From: Eledone cirrhosa
Lineage: Eukaryota
Direction: 5' to 3'
Length of the DNA: 64,000 bases
NCBI GenBank assembly: GCA_964016885.1
Contig: OZ024742.1
Coordinates: forward strand, 164,548,001 to 164,612,000
Shown here in pieces: positions 27,201 to 42,344 of this stretch (positions within the stretch are counted from its first letter, which is position 1; each line of letters starts with the position of its first letter). The position numbers and the translations under genes were made by a program. The notes beneath the pieces were generated by a model, which was given only the letters and a program-made list of their open reading frames with translations, made no database searches and was not told the origin of the DNA.

Positions 27201-30200
27201 AATTATCTCCACCTGATTTTTTAAAAAATTATCTCCCCTTGGACGGCTGGAAATTATCTCCCCTTGATTTTTTTACAAATTATCTCCCCCTGATTTTTTT
27301 TACAAATTATCTCCCCCTGATTTTTTGTTACAAATTATCTCCCCCTGATTTTTTTAAAAATTATCTCCCCCTGATTTTTTTTACAAATTATCTCCGCCTG
27401 ATTTTTTTAAATATTATCTTCCCTTGGCTGGCGGGAAATTATCTCCCCTTGGACGGCTGAAAATTATCTCCCCTTGGACGGCTGGAAATTATCTCCCCTT
27501 GATTTTTTTACAAATTATCTCCCCCTGATTTTTTTTTACAAATTATCTCCCCCTGATTTTTTTTACAAATTATCTCCCCCTGATTTTTTTTTACAAATTA
27601 TCTCCCCCTGATTTTTTTTTACAAATTATCTCCCCCTGATTTTTTTACAAATTATCTCCCCTTGGCTAGCTGGAAATTATCTCCCCTTGGAGGCTGGAAT
27701 TTATCTCCCCTTGGACGGCTAGAAATTACCTCTCCTTGGACGGCTGGAAAATATGTCTCCTTGGACGGCTGGATATTATCTACCCCTGGACGGCTGGAAA
27801 TTATCTCCCCTTGGACGGCTGGAAATTATCTCCCCTTGGACGGCTAGATATTACCTCCCCTTGGACGGCTGGAAATTATCTCCCCTTGATTTTTTTTACA
27901 AATTATCTCCCCCTGATTTTTTTTTACGAATTATCTCCCCCTGATTTTTTTTTACAAATTATCTCCGCCTGATTTTTTTTTTAAATTATCTCCCCTTGAA
28001 CGGCTGGAAATTATCTCCCCTTGGACGGCTGGAAATTATCTCCCCTTGGACGGCTAGAAATTACCTCTCCTTGGACGGCTGAAAATTATCTCCCCTTGGA
28101 CGGCTGCAAATTATCTCCCCTTGATTTTTTTAACAAATTATCTCCCCCTGATTTTTTTTTACAAATTATCTCCCCCTGATTTTTTTTTACAAATTATCTA
28201 CGCCTAATTTTTTTTACAAATTATCTCCCCCTGATTTTTTTTTACAAATTATCTCCCCCTGATTTTTTTTACAAATTATCTCCCCCTGATTTTTTTTTAC
28301 AAATTATCTCCCCCTGATTTTTTTACAAATTATCTCCCCCCTGAATTTTTTTACAATCTCCGCCTGATTTTTTTAAAAATTATCTTCCCTTGGCTGGCAG
28401 GAAATTATCTCCCCTTGGTCGGCTGGAAATTATATCCCCTTGGAAGGATGGAAATTATCTCCCCTTGGACGGCTGGAAATTATCTCCCCTTGGACGGCTG
28501 GAAATTACCTCCCCTTGGACAGCTGGAAATTATCTGCCCTTGATTTTGTTTTTACAAATTATCTCCCCCTGATTTTTTTTACAAATTATCTCCACCTGAT
28601 TTTTTAAAAAATTATCTCCCCTTGATTTTTTTACAAATTATCTCCCCCTGATTTTTTTTACAAATTATCTCCCCCTGATTTTTTTTTTACAAATTATCTC
28701 CCCCTGATTTTTTTACAAATTATCTCCCCCTGATTTTTTTTACAAATTATCTCCGCCTGATTTTTTTTACAAATTATCTCCCCTTGGCTGGCTGGAAATT
28801 ATCTCCCCTTGGAGGCTGGAATTTATCTCCCCTTGGACGGCTAGAAATTACCTCTCCTTGGACGGCTGGAAAATATGTCCTTGGACGGCTGGATATTATC
28901 TACCCTTGGACGGCTGGAAATTATCTCCCCTTGGACGGCTGGAAATTATCTCCCCTTGGAGGCTGGAATTTATCTCCCCTTGGACGGCTAGAAATTACCT
29001 CTCCTTGGACGGCTGGAAAATATGTCCTTGGACGGCTGGATATTACCTCCCCTTGGACGGCTGGAAATTATCTCCCCTTGATTTTTTTTACAAATTATCT
29101 CCCCCTGATTTTTTTTACAAATCTAATGATTTTAAAAAAAAAATTATCTCCCCTTCGCTGGCTGGAAATTATCTCCCCTTCGCTGGCTGGAAATTATCTC
29201 CCCTTGGACGCTGGAAATTATAGCCCCTTGGAGGGCTGGAAATTATCTTCCCTTGGACGGCTGGAAATTATCTCCCCTTGGCTCGAAATTATCTCCCCTT
29301 GGACGGCTAGAAATTATCTCTCTTTGGACGGCTGGAAATTATCTCCCTTTGATTTTTTTTACAAATTATCTCCCCCTGATTTTTTTTACAAATCTCCCCC
29401 TGATTTTTTAAAAAAAATTATCTCCCCTTCGCTGGCTGGAAATTATCTCCCCTTGGACACTGGAAATTATAGCCCCTTGGAGGGCTGGAAATTATCTTCC
29501 CTTGGACGGCTGGAAATTATCTCTGCTTGATTTTTTTTACAAATTATCTCCCCCTGATTTTTTTTTACAAATTATCCCCCCCGATTTTTTTTACAAATTA
29601 TCTCCCCCTGATTTTTTTTACAAATTATCTCCCCTTGGACGGCTGGAAATTATCTCCCCTTGGACGGCTGGAAATTATCTCCCCTTGGACGGCTAGAAAT
29701 TACCTCTCCTTGGACGACTGAAAATTATCTCCCCTTGGACGGCTGCAAATTATCTCCCCTTGATTTTTTTTACAAATTATCTCCGCCTGATTTTTTTTTA
29801 AAAATTATCTCCCCTTGGACGGCTGGAAATTACCTCCCCTTGGACGGCTGGAAATTATCTCCCCTTGGACGGCTAGAAATTACCTCTCATTGGACGGCTG
29901 AAAATTATCTCCCCTTGGACGGCTGGAAATTATCTCCCCTTGATTTTTTTTACAAATTATCTCCCCCTGATTTTTTTTTACAAATTATCTCCCCCTGATT
30001 TTTTTTTTACAAATTATCTCCGCCTGATTTTTTTTTAAAATTATCTCTCCTTGGACGGCTGGATATTATCTCCCCTTTCATTTTTTTTACAAATTATCTC
30101 CCCCTGATTTTTTTTTACAAATTATCTCCCCCTGATTTTTTTTTTACAAATTATCTACCCCTAATTTTTTTTTACAAATTATCTCCCCCTGATTTTTTTT

Positions 30201-33200
30201 ACAAATTATCTCCCCCTGATTTTTTTTTTACAAATTATCTCCCCCTGATTTTTTTACAAATTATCTCCCCCTGATTTTTTTTACAAATTATCTCCGCCTG
30301 ATTTTTTTAAATATTATCTTCTCTTGGCTGGCGGGAAATTATCTCCCCTTGGACGGCTGAAAATTATCTCCCCTTGGACGGCTGGAAATTATCTCCCCTT
30401 GATTTTTTTTACAAATTATCTCCCCCTGATTTTTTTTTACAAATTATCTCCCCCTGATTTTTTTTACAAATTATCTCCCCCTGATTTTTTTTTACAAATT
30501 ATCTCCCCCTGATTTTTTTTACAAATTATCTCCCCCTGATTTTTTTACAAATTATCTCCCCTTGGCTGGCTGGAAATTATCTCCCCTTGGAGGCTGGAAT
30601 TTATCTCCCCTTGGACGGCTAGAAATTACCTCTCCTTGGACGGCTGGAAAATATGTCCTTGGACGGCTGGATATTATCTACCCTTGGACGGCTGGAAATT
30701 ATCTCCCCTTGGACGGCTGGAAATTATCTCCCCTTGGACGGCTAGATATTACCTCCCCTTGGACGGCTGGAAATTATCTCCCCTTGATTTTTTTTACAAA
30801 TTATCCCCCCCTGATTTTTTTTTACAAATTATCTCCCCCTGATTTTTTTTTACAAATTATCTACCCCTGATTTTTTTTTACAAATTATCTCCCCCTAATT
30901 TTTTTTACAAATTATCTCTCCCTGATTTTTTTTTACAAATTATCTCCCCCTGATTTTTTTTTACAAATTATCTACCCCTGATTTTTTTTTACAAATTATC
31001 TCCCCCTGATTTTTTTTACAAATTATCTCCCCCTGATTTTTTTACAAATTATCTCCCCCCGATTTTTTTTACAAATTATCTCCGCCTAATTTTTTTAAAT
31101 ATTATCTTCCCTTGGCTGGCGGGAAATTATCTCCCCTTGGACGGCTGAAAATTATCTCCCCTTGGACGGCTGGAAATTATCTCCCCTTGATTTTTTTACA
31201 AATTATCTCCCCCTGATTATTTTTTACAAATTATCTCCCCCTGATTTTTTTTTACAAATTATCTCCCTCTGATTTTTTTTACAAATTATCTCCCCTTGGC
31301 TGGCTGGAAATTATCTCCCCTTGGAGGCTGGAATTTATCTCCACTTGGACGGTTAGAAATTACCTCTCCTTGGACTACTGGAAAATATGTCTCCTTGGAC
31401 GGCTGGAAATTATCTCCCCTTGGACGGCTGGAAATTATCTCCCCTTGGACGGCTGGAAATTATCTCTCCTCGGACGACTAGAAATTACCTCTCCTTGGAC
31501 AGCTGAAAATTATCTCCCCTTGGACGGCTGGAAATTATCTCCCCTTGATTTTTTTTACAAATTATCTCCCCCCGATTTTTTTTTACAAATTATCTCCCCC
31601 TGATTTTTTTTTACAAATTATCTCCCCCTGATTTTTTTTACAAATTATCTCCCCCTGATATTTTTTACAAATTATCTCTCCCTGATTTTTTTACAAATTA
31701 TCTCCCCTTGGCTGGCTGGAAATTATCTCCCCTTGGAGGCTGGAATTTATCTCCCCTTGGACGGCTAGAAATTACCTCGCCTTGGACGGCTGGAAAATAT
31801 GTCTCCTTGGACGGCTGGAAATTATCTCCCCTTGGACGGCTGGAAATTATCTCCTCTTGGACGGCTGGAAATTATCTCCCCTTGGACGGCTAGATATTAC
31901 CTCCCCTTGGACGGCTGGAAATTATCTCCCCTTGATTTTTTTTACAAATTATCTCCCCCTGATTTTTTTTTTAAATTATCTCCCCTTGAACGGCTGGAAA
32001 TTATCTCCCCTTGGACGGCTGGAAATTATCTCCCCTTGGACGGCTAGAAATTACCTCTCCTTGGACGGCTGAAAATTATCTCCCCTTGGACGGCTGCAAA
32101 TTATCTCCCCTTGATTTTTTAACAAATTATCTCCCCCTGATTTTTTTTTACAAATTATCTCCCCCTGATTTTTTTTTACAAATTATCTACGCCTAATTTT
32201 TTTTACAAATTATCTCCCCCTGATTTTTTTTTACAAATTATCTCCCCCTGATTTTTTTTACAAATTATCTCCCCCTGATTTTTTTTTACAAATTATTTCC
32301 CCCTGATTTTTTTACAAATTATCTCCCCCCTGATTTTTTTTACAATCTCCGCCTGATTTTTTTAAAAATTATCTTGCCTTGGCTGGCGGGAAATTATCTC
32401 CCCTTGGACGGCTGGAAATTATATCCCCTTGGACGGCTGGAAATTACCTCCCCTTGGACAGCTGGAAATTATCTGCCCTTGATTTTGTTTTTACAAATTA
32501 TCTCCCCCTGATTTTTTTTACAAATTATCTCCACCTGATTTTTTAAAAAATTATCTCCCCTTGGACGGCTGGAAATTATCTCCCCTTGATTTTTTTACAA
32601 ATTATCTCCCCCTGATTTTTTTTACAAATTATCTCCCCCTGATTTTTTTTTACAAATTATCTGCCCCTGATTTTTTTACAAATTATCTCCCCCTGATTTT
32701 TTTTACAAATTATCTCCGCCTGATTTTTTTAAATATTATCTTCCCTTGGCTGGCGGGAAATTATCTCCCCTTGGACGGCTGATAATTATCTCCCCTTGGC
32801 CGGCTGGAAATTATCTCCCCTTGATTTTTTTTACAAATTATCTCCCCCTGATTTTTTTTTACAAATTATCTCCCCCTGATTTTTTTTACAAATTATCTCC
32901 GCCTGATTTTTTTAAATATTATCTTCCCTTGGCTGGCTGGAAATTATCTCCCCTTGGAGGCTGGAATTTATCTCCCCTTGGACGGCTAGAAATTACCTCT
33001 CCTTGGACGGCTGGAAAATATTTCTCCTTGGACGGCTGGATATTATCTACCCTTGGACGGGTGGAAATTATCTCCCCTTGGACGGCTGGAAATTATCTCC
33101 CCTTGGACGGCTAGATATTACCTCCCCTTGGACGACTGGAAATTATCTCCCCTTGATTTTTTTTACAAATTATCTCCCCCTGATTTTTTTTTTACAAATT

Positions 33201-34726
33201 ATCTCCCCCTGATTTTTTTACAAATTATCTCCCCCTGATTTTTTTTACAAATTATCTCCGCCTGATTTTTTTAAATATTATCTTCTCTTGGCTGGCGGGA
33301 AATTATCTCCCCTTGGACGGTTGAAAATTATCTCCCCTTGGACGGCTGGAAATTATCTCCCCTTGATTTTTTTTACAAATTATCTCCCCCTGATTTTTTT
33401 TAAAAAATTATCTCCCCCTGATTTTTTTTTACAAATTATCTCCCCCTGATTTTTTTTTACAAATTATCTCCCCCTGATTTTTTTTACAAATTATCTCCCC
33501 CTGATTTTTTACAAATTATCTCCCCTTGGCTGGCTGGAAATTATCTCCCCTTGGACACTGTAAATTATAGCCCCTTGGAGGGCTGGAAATTATCTTACCT
33601 TGGACGGCTGGAAATTATCTCTGCTTGATTTTTTTTACAAATTATCTCCCCCTGATTTTTTTTTACAAATTATCCCCCCCGATTTTTTTTACAAATTATC
33701 TCCCCCTGATTTTTTTTACAAATTATCTCCCCTTGGACGGCTGGAAATTATCTCCCCTTGGACGGCTGGAAATTATCTCTCCTTGGACGGCTAGAAATTA
33801 CCTCTCCTTGGACGACTGAAAATTATCTCCCCTTGGACGGCTGCAAATTATCTCCCCTTGATTTCTTTTACAAATTATCTCCGCCTGATTTTTTTTTTAA
33901 AATTATCTCCCCTTGGACGGCTGGAAATTACCTCCCCTTGGACGGCTGGAAATTATCTCCCCTTGGACGGCTAGAAATTACCTCTCATTGGACGGCTGAA
34001 AATTATCTCCCCTTGGACGGCTGGAAATTATCTCCCCTTGATTTTTTTTACAAATTATCTCCCCCTGATTTTTTTTTTACAAATTATCTCCGCCTGATTT
34101 TTTTTTAAAATTATCTCTCCTTGGACGGCTGGATATTATCTCCCCTTTCATTTTTTTTACAAATTATCTCCCCCTGATTTTTTTTTACAAATTATCTCCC
34201 CCTGATTTTTTTTTACAAATTATCTACCCCTAATTTTTTTTTACAAATTATCTCCCCCTGATTTTTTTTACAAATTATCTCCCCCTGATTTTTTTTTTAC
34301 AAATTATCTCCCCCTGATTTTTTTACAAATTATCTCCCCCTGATTTTTTTTACAAATTATCTCCGCCTGATTTTTTTAAATATTATCTTCTCTTGGCTGG
34401 CGGGAAATTATCTCCCCTTGGACGGCTGAAAATTATCTCCCCTTGGACGGCTGGAAATTATCTCCCCTTGATTTTTTTTACAAATTATCTCCCCCTGATT
34501 TTTTTTTACAAATTATCTCCCCCTGATTTTTTTTTACAAATTATCTCCCCCTGATTTTTTTTTACAAATTATCTCCCCCTGATTTTTTTTACAAATTATC
34601 TCCCCCTGATTTTTTTACAAATTATCTCCCCTTGGCTGGCTGGAAATTATCTCCCCTTGGAGGCTGGAATTTATCTCCCCTTGGACGGCTAGAAATTACC
34701 TCTCCTTGGACGGCTGGAAAATATGT
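24285..34726 (+). repeat. HOR copy 2 (10,442-bp base unit)
   Basis: ORF pairs 24419/34861, 24952/35394, 27007/37449 and 28390/38832 all have offset 10442; 20853/31296 has offset 10443. The same chimeric junction sits at both ends. Confidence 0.9.
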
Positions 34727-37700
34727 CCTTGGACGGCTGGAAATTATCTCCCCTTGGACAGCTGGAAATTATCTGCCCTTGATTTTGTTTTTACAAATTA
34801 TCTCCCCCTGATTTTTTTTACAAATTATCTCCACCTGATTTTTTAAAAAATTATCTCCCCTTGGACGGCTGGAAATTATCTCCCCTTGGCTGGAAATTAT
34901 CTCCCCTTGGACGGCTAGAAATTATCTCTCTTTGGACGGCTGGAAATTATCTGCCTTTGATTTTTTTTACAAATTATCTCCCCCTGATTTTTTTTTACAA
35001 ATTATCTCACCCTGATTTTTTTTACAAATTATCTCCCTCTGATTTTTTTACAAATTATCTCCCCTTGGCTGGCTGGAAATTATCTCCCCTTGGAGGCTGG
35101 AATTTATCTCCCCTTGGACGGCTAGAAATTACCTCTCCTTGGACGGCTGGAAAATATGTCTCCTTGGACGGCTGGATATTATCTACCCTTGGACGGCTGG
35201 AAATTATCTCCCCTTGGACGGCTGGAAATTATCTCCCCTTGGACGGCTAGATATTACCTCCCCTTGGACGGCTGGAAATTATCTCCCCTTGATTTTTTTA
35301 CAAATTATCTCCCCCTGATTTTTTTACAAATTATCTCCCCCTGATTTTTTTTACAAATTATCTCCGCCTAATTTTTTTAAATATTATCTTCCCTTGGCTG
35401 GCGGGAAATTATCTCCCCTTGGACGGCTGAAAATTATCTCCCCTTGGACGGCTGGAAATTATCTCCCCTTGATTTATTTTACAAATTATCTCCCCCTGAT
35501 TTTTTTTTACAAATTATCTCCCCCTGATTTTTTTTACAAATTATCTCCCCCTGATTTTTTTACAAATTATCTCCCCTTGGCTGGCTGGAAATTATCTCCC
35601 CTTGGAGGCTGGAATTTATCTCCCCTTGGACGGCTAGAAATTACCTCTCCTTGGACGGCTGGAAAATATGTCCTTGGACGGCTGGATATTATCTACCCTT
35701 GGACGGCTGGAAATTATCTCCCCTTGGACGGCTGGAAATTATCTCCCCTTGGACGGCTAGATATTACCTCCCCTTGGACGGCTGGAAATTATCTCCCCTT
35801 GATTTTTTTTACAAATTATCTCCCCCTGATTTTTTTTTACAAATTATCTCCCCCTGATTTTTTTTTACAAATTATCTACCCCTGATTTTTTTTTACAAAT
35901 TATCTCCCCCTGATTTTTTTTACAAATTATCTCCCCCTGATTTTTTTTTACAAATTATCTCCCCCTGATTTTTTTTTACAAATTATCTACCCCTGATTTT
36001 TTTTACAAATTATCTCCCCCTGATTTTTTTTACAAATTATCTCCCCCTGATTTTGTTTACAAATTATCTCCCCCTGATTTTTTTACAAATTATCTCCCCC
36101 TGATTTTTTTTACAAATTATCTCCGCCTAATTTTTTTAAATATTATCTTCCCTTGGCTGGCGGGAAATTATCTCCCCTTGGACGGCTGAAAATTATCTCT
36201 CCTTGGACGGCTGGAAATTATCTCCCCTTGATTTTTTTTACAAATTATCTCCCCCTGATTATTTTTTACAAATTATCTCCCCCTGATTTTTTTTTACAAA
36301 TTATCTCCCCCTGATTTTTTTTACAAATTATCTCCCCCTGATTTTTTTACAAATTATCTCCCCTTGGCTGGCTGGAAATTATCTCCCCTTGGAGGCTGGA
36401 ATTTATCTCCCCTTGGACGGTTAGAAATTACCTCTCCTTGGACGGCTGGAAAATATGTCTCCTTGGACGGCTGGAAATTATCGCCCCTTGGACGGCTGGA
36501 AATTATCTCCCCTTGGACGGCTGGAAATTATCTCTCCTCGGACGGCTAGAAATTACCTCTCCTTGGACAGCTGAAAATTATCTCCCCTTGGACGGCTGGA
36601 AATTATCTCCCCTTGATTTTTTTTACAAATTATCTCCCCCTGATTTTTTTTTACAAATTATCTCCCCCTGATTTTTTTTTACAAATTATCTCCCCCTGAT
36701 TTTTTTTTACAAATTATCTCCCCCTGATATTTTTTACAAATTATCTCCCCCTGATTTTTTTACAAATTATCTCCCCTTGGCTGGCTGGAAATTATCTCCC
36801 CTTGGAGGCTGGAATTTATCTCCCCTTAGACGGCTAGAAATTACCTCGCCTTGGACGGCTGGAAAATATGTCTCCTTGGACGGCTGGAAATTATCTCCCC
36901 TTGGACGGCTGGAAATTATCTCCCCTTGGACGGCTGGAAATTATCTCCCCTTGGACGGCTAGATATTACCTCCCCTTGGACGGCTGGAAATTATCTCCCC
37001 TTGATTTTTTTTACAAATTATCTCCCCCTGATTTTTTTTTACAAATTATCTCCCCCTGATTTTTTTTTACGAATTATCTCCCCCCGATTTTTTTTTACAA
37101 ATTATCTCCGCCTGATTTTTTTAAAAAAATTATCTCCCCTTGAACGGCTGGAAATTATCTCCCCTTGGACGGCTGGAAATTATCTCCCCTTGGACGGCTA
37201 GAAATTACCTCTCCTTGGACGGCTGAAAATTATCTCCCCTTGGACGGCTGCAAATTATCTCCCCTTGATATTTAACAAATTATCTCCCCCTGATTTTTTT
37301 TTACAAATTATCTCCCCCTGATTTTTTTTTACAAATTATCTCCCCCTGATTTTTTTTTACAAATTATCTCCCCCTGATTTTTTTACAAATTATCTCCCCC
37401 TGATTTTTTTTACAATCTCCGCCTGATTTTTTTAAAAATTATCTTCCCTTGGCTGGCGGGCAATTATCTCCCCTTGGACGGCTGGAAATTATATCCCCTT
37501 GGAAGGATGGAAATTATCTCCCCTTGGACGGCTGGAAATTATCTCCCCTTGGACGGCTGGAAATTATCTCCCCTTGGACAGCTGGAAATTATCTGCCCTT
37601 GATTTTGTTTTTACAAATTATCTCCCCCTGATTTTTTTTACAAATTATCTCCACCTGATTTTTTAAAAAATTATCTCCCCTTGGACGGCTGGAAATTATC

Positions 37701-38330
37701 TCCCCTTGATTTTTTTACAAATTATCTCCCCCTGATTTTTTTTACAAATTATCTCCCCCTGATTTTTTGTTACAAATTATCTCCCCCTGATTTTTTTAAA
37801 AATTATCTCCCCCTGATTTTTTTTACAAATTATCTCCGCCTGATTTTTTTAAATATTATCTTCCCTTGGCTGGCGGGAAATTATCTCCCCTTGGACGGCT
37901 GAAAATTATCTCCCCTTGGACGGCTGGAAATTATCTCCCCTTGATTTTTTTACAAATTATCTCCCCCTGATTTTTTTTTACAAATTATCTCCCCCTGATT
38001 TTTTTTACAAATTATCTCCCCCTGATTTTTTTTTACAAATTATCTCCCCCTGATTTTTTTTTACAAATTATCTCCCCCTGATTTTTTTACAAATTATCTC
38101 CCCTTGGCTAGCTGGAAATTATCTCCCCTTGGAGGCTGGAATTTATCTCCCCTTGGACGGCTAGAAATTACCTCTCCTTGGACGGCTGGAAAATATGTCT
38201 CCTTGGACGGCTGGATATTATCTACCCTTGGACGGCTGGAAATTATCTCCCCTTGGACGGCTGGAAATTATCTCCCCTTGGACGGCTAGATATTACCTCC
38301 CCTTGGACGGCTGGAAATTATCTCCCCTTG

Positions 38331-41300
38331 ATTTTTTTTACAAATTATCTCCCCCTGATTTTTTTTTACGAATTATCTCCCCCTGATTTTTTTTTACAAA
38401 TTATCTCCGCCTGATTTTTTTTTTAAATTATCTCCCCTTGAACGGCTGGAAATTATCTCCCCTTGGACGGCTGGAAATTATCTCCCCTTGGACGGCTAGA
38501 AATTACCTCTCCTTGGACGGCTGAAAATTATCTCCCCTTGGACGGCTGCAAATTATCTCCCCTTGATTTTTTTAACAAATTATCTCCCCCTGATTTTTTT
38601 TTACAAATTATCTCCCCCTGATTTTTTTTTACAAATTATCTACGCCTAATTTTTTTTACAAATTATCTCCCCCTGATTTTTTTTTACAAATTATCTCCCC
38701 CTGATTTTTTTTACAAATTATCTCCCCCTGATTTTTTTTTACAAATTATCTCCCCCTGATTTTTTTACAAATTATCTCCCCCCTGAATTTTTTTACAATC
38801 TCCGCCTGATTTTTTTAAAAATTATCTTCCCTTGGCTGGCAGGAAATTATCTCCCCTTGGTCGGCTGGAAATTATATCCCCTTGGAAGGATGGAAATTAT
38901 CTCCCCTTGGACGGCTGGAAATTATCTCCCCTTGGACGGCTGGAAATTACCTCCCCTTGGACAGCTGGAAATTATCTGCCCTTGATTTTGTTTTTACAAA
39001 TTATCTCCCCCTGATTTTTTTTACAAATTATCTCCACCTGATTTTTTAAAAAATTATCTCCCCTTGATTTTTTTACAAATTATCTCCCCCTGATTTTTTT
39101 TACAAATTATCTCCCCCTGATTTTTTTTTACAAATTATCTCCCCCTGATTTTTTTACAAATTATCTCCCCCTGATTTTTTTTACAAATTATCTCCGCCTG
39201 ATTTTTTTTACAAATTATCTCCCCTTGGCTGGCTGGAAATTATCTCCCCTTGGAGGCTGGAATTTATCTCCCCTTGGACGGCTAGAAATTACCTCTCCTT
39301 GGACGGCTGGAAAATATGTCCTTGGACGGCTGGATATTATCTACCCTTGGACGGCTGGAAATTATCTCCCCTTGGACGGCTGGAAATTATCTCCCCTTGG
39401 AGGCTGGAATTTATCTCCCCTTGGACGGCTAGAAATTACCTCTCCTTGGACGGCTGGAAAATATGTCCTTGGACGGCTGGATATTACCTCCCCTTGGACG
39501 GCTGGAAATTATCTCCCCTTGATTTTTTTTACAAATTATCTCCCCCTGATTTTTTTTACAAATCTAATGATTTTAAAAAAAAAATTATCTCCCCTTCGCT
39601 GGCAGGAAATTATCTCCCCTTCGCTGGCTGGAAATTATCTCCCCTTGGACGCTGGAAATTATAGCCCCTTGGAGGGCTGGAAATTATCTTCCCTTGGACG
39701 GCTGGAAATTATCTCCCCTTGGCTCGAAATTATCTCCCCTTGGACGGCTAGAAATTATCTCTCTTTGGACGGCTGGAAATTATCTCCCTTTGATTTTTTT
39801 TACAAATTATCTCCCCCTGATTTTTTAAAAAAAATTATCTCCCCTTCGCTGGCTGGAAATTATCTCCCCTTGGACACTGGAAATTATAGCCCCTTGGAGG
39901 GCTGGAAATTATCTTCCCTTGGACGGCTGGAAATTATCTCTGCTTGATTTTTTTTACAAATTATCTCCCCCTGATTTTTTTTTACGAATTATCTCCCCCT
40001 GATTTTTTTTTACAAATTATCTCCGCCTGATTTTTTTTTTAAATTATCTCCCCTTGAACGGCTGGAAATTATCTCCCTTTGGACGGCTGGAAATTATCTC
40101 CCCTTGGACGGCTAGAAATTACCTCTCCTTGGACGGCTGAAAATTATCTCCCCTTGGACGGCTGCAAATTATCTCCCCTTGATTTTTTTAACAAATTATC
40201 TCCCCCTGATTTTTTTTTACAAATTATCTCCCCCTGATTTTTTTTTACAAATTATCTACGCCTAATTTTTTTTACAAATTATCTCCCCCTGATTTTTTTT
40301 TACAAATTATCTCCCCCTGATTTTTTTTACAAATTATCTCCCCCTGATTTTTTTTTACAAATTATCTCCCCCTGATTTTTTTACAAATTATCTCCCCCCT
40401 GAATTTTTTTACAATCTCCGCCTGATTTTTTTAAAAATTATCTTCCCTTGGCTGGCAGGAAATTATCTCCCCTTGGTCGGCTGGAAATTATATCCCCTTG
40501 GAAGGATGGAAATTATCTCCCCTTGGACGGCTGGAAATTATCTCCCCTTGGACGGCTGGAAATTACCTCCCCTTGGACAGCTGGAAATTATCTGCCCTTG
40601 ATTTTGTTTTTACAAATTATCTCCCCCTGATTTTTTTTACAAATTATCTCCACCTGATTTTTTAAAAAATTATCTCCCCTTGATTTTTTTACAAATTATC
40701 TCCCCCTGATTTTTTTTACAAATTATCTCCCCCTGATTTTTTTTTTACAAATTATCTCCCCCTGATTTTTTTACAAATTATCTCCCCCTGATTTTTTTTA
40801 CAAATTATCTCCGCCTGATTTTTTTTACAAATTATCTCCCCTTGGCTGGCTGGAAATTATCTCCCCTTGGAGGCTGGAATTTATCTCCCCTTGGACGGCT
40901 AGAAATTACCTCTCCTTGGACGGCTGGAAAATATGTCCTTGGACGGCTGGATATTATCTACCCTTGGACGGCTGGAAATTATCTCCCCTTGGACGGCTGG
41001 AAATTATCTCCCCTTGGAGGCTGGAATTTATCTCCCCTTGGACGGCTAGAAATTACCTCTCCTTGGACGGCTGGAAAATATGTCCTTGGACGGCTGGATA
41101 TTACCTCCCCTTGGACGGCTGGAAATTATCTCCCCTTGATTTTTTTTACAAATTATCTCCCCCTGATTTTTTTTACAAATCTAATGATTTTAAAAAAAAA
41201 ATTATCTCCCCTTCGCTGGCTGGAAATTATCTCCCCTTCGCTGGCTGGAAATTATCTCCCCTTGGACGCTGGAAATTATAGCCCCTTGGAGGGCTGGAAA

Positions 41301-41600
41301 TTATCTTCCCTTGGACGGCTGGAAATTATCTCCCCTTGGCTCGAAATTATCTCCCCTTGGACGGCTAGAAATTATCTCTCTTTGGACGGCTGGAAATTAT
41401 CTCCCTTTGATTTTTTTTACAAATTATCTCCCCCTGATTTTTTTAAAAAAATTATCTCCCCTTCGCTGGCTGGAAATTATCTCCCCTTGGACACTGGAAA
41501 TTATAGCCCCTTGGAGGGCTGGAAATTATCTTCCCTTGGACGGCTGGAAATTATCTCTGCTTGATTTTTTTTACAAATTATCTCCCCCTGATTTTTTTTT
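38331..41600 (+). repeat. Tandem duplication, unit ~1617 bp x2
   Basis: ORF pairs 38832/40448 and 39225/40842. The rare AAATCTAATGATTTT-A10 monomer occurs at 39560 and 41177. Confidence 0.92.
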
Positions 41601-42344
41601 ACAAATTATCCCCCCCGATTTTTTTTACAAATTATCTCCCCCTGATTTTTTTTACAAATTATCTCCCCTTGGACGGCTGGAAATTATCTCCCCTTGGACG
41701 GCTGGAAATTATCTCCCCTTGGACGGCTAGAAATTACCTCTCCTTGGACGACTGAAAATTATCTCCCCTTGGACGGCTGCAAATTATCTCCCCTTGATTT
41801 TTTTTACAAATTATCTCCGCCTGATTTTTTTTTTAAAATTATCTCCCCTTGGACGGCTGGAAATTACCTCCCCTTGGACGGCTGGAAATTATCTCCCCTT
41901 GGACGGCTAGAAATTACCTCTCATTGGACGGCTGAAAATTATCTCCCCTTGGACGGCTGGAAATTATCTCCGCTTGATTTTTTTTACAAATTATCTCCCC
42001 CTGATTTTTTTTTACAAATTATCTCCCCCTGATTTTTTTTTTACAAATTATCTCCGCCTGATTTTTTTTTTAAATTATCTCTCCTTGGACGGCTGGATAT
42101 TATCTCCCCTTTCATTTTTTTTACAAATTATCTCCCCCTGATTTTTTTTTACAAATTATCTCCCCCTGATTTTTTTTTTACAAATTATCTACCCCTAATT
42201 TTTTTTTACAAATTATCTCCCCCTGATTTTTTTTACAAATTATCTCCCCCTGATTTTTTTTTTACAAATTATCTCCCCCTGATTTTTTTACAAATTATCT
42301 CCCCCTGATTTTTTTTACAAATTATCTCCGCCTGATTTTTTTAA

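Noticed and set aside
28784-29530. Longest ORF (248 aa; relatives at 15400, 39225 and 40842)
   Set aside because: It has the same repeat-derived peptides and no recognisable domain. Its length is explained by chance avoidance of TGA/TAG across long A-runs.
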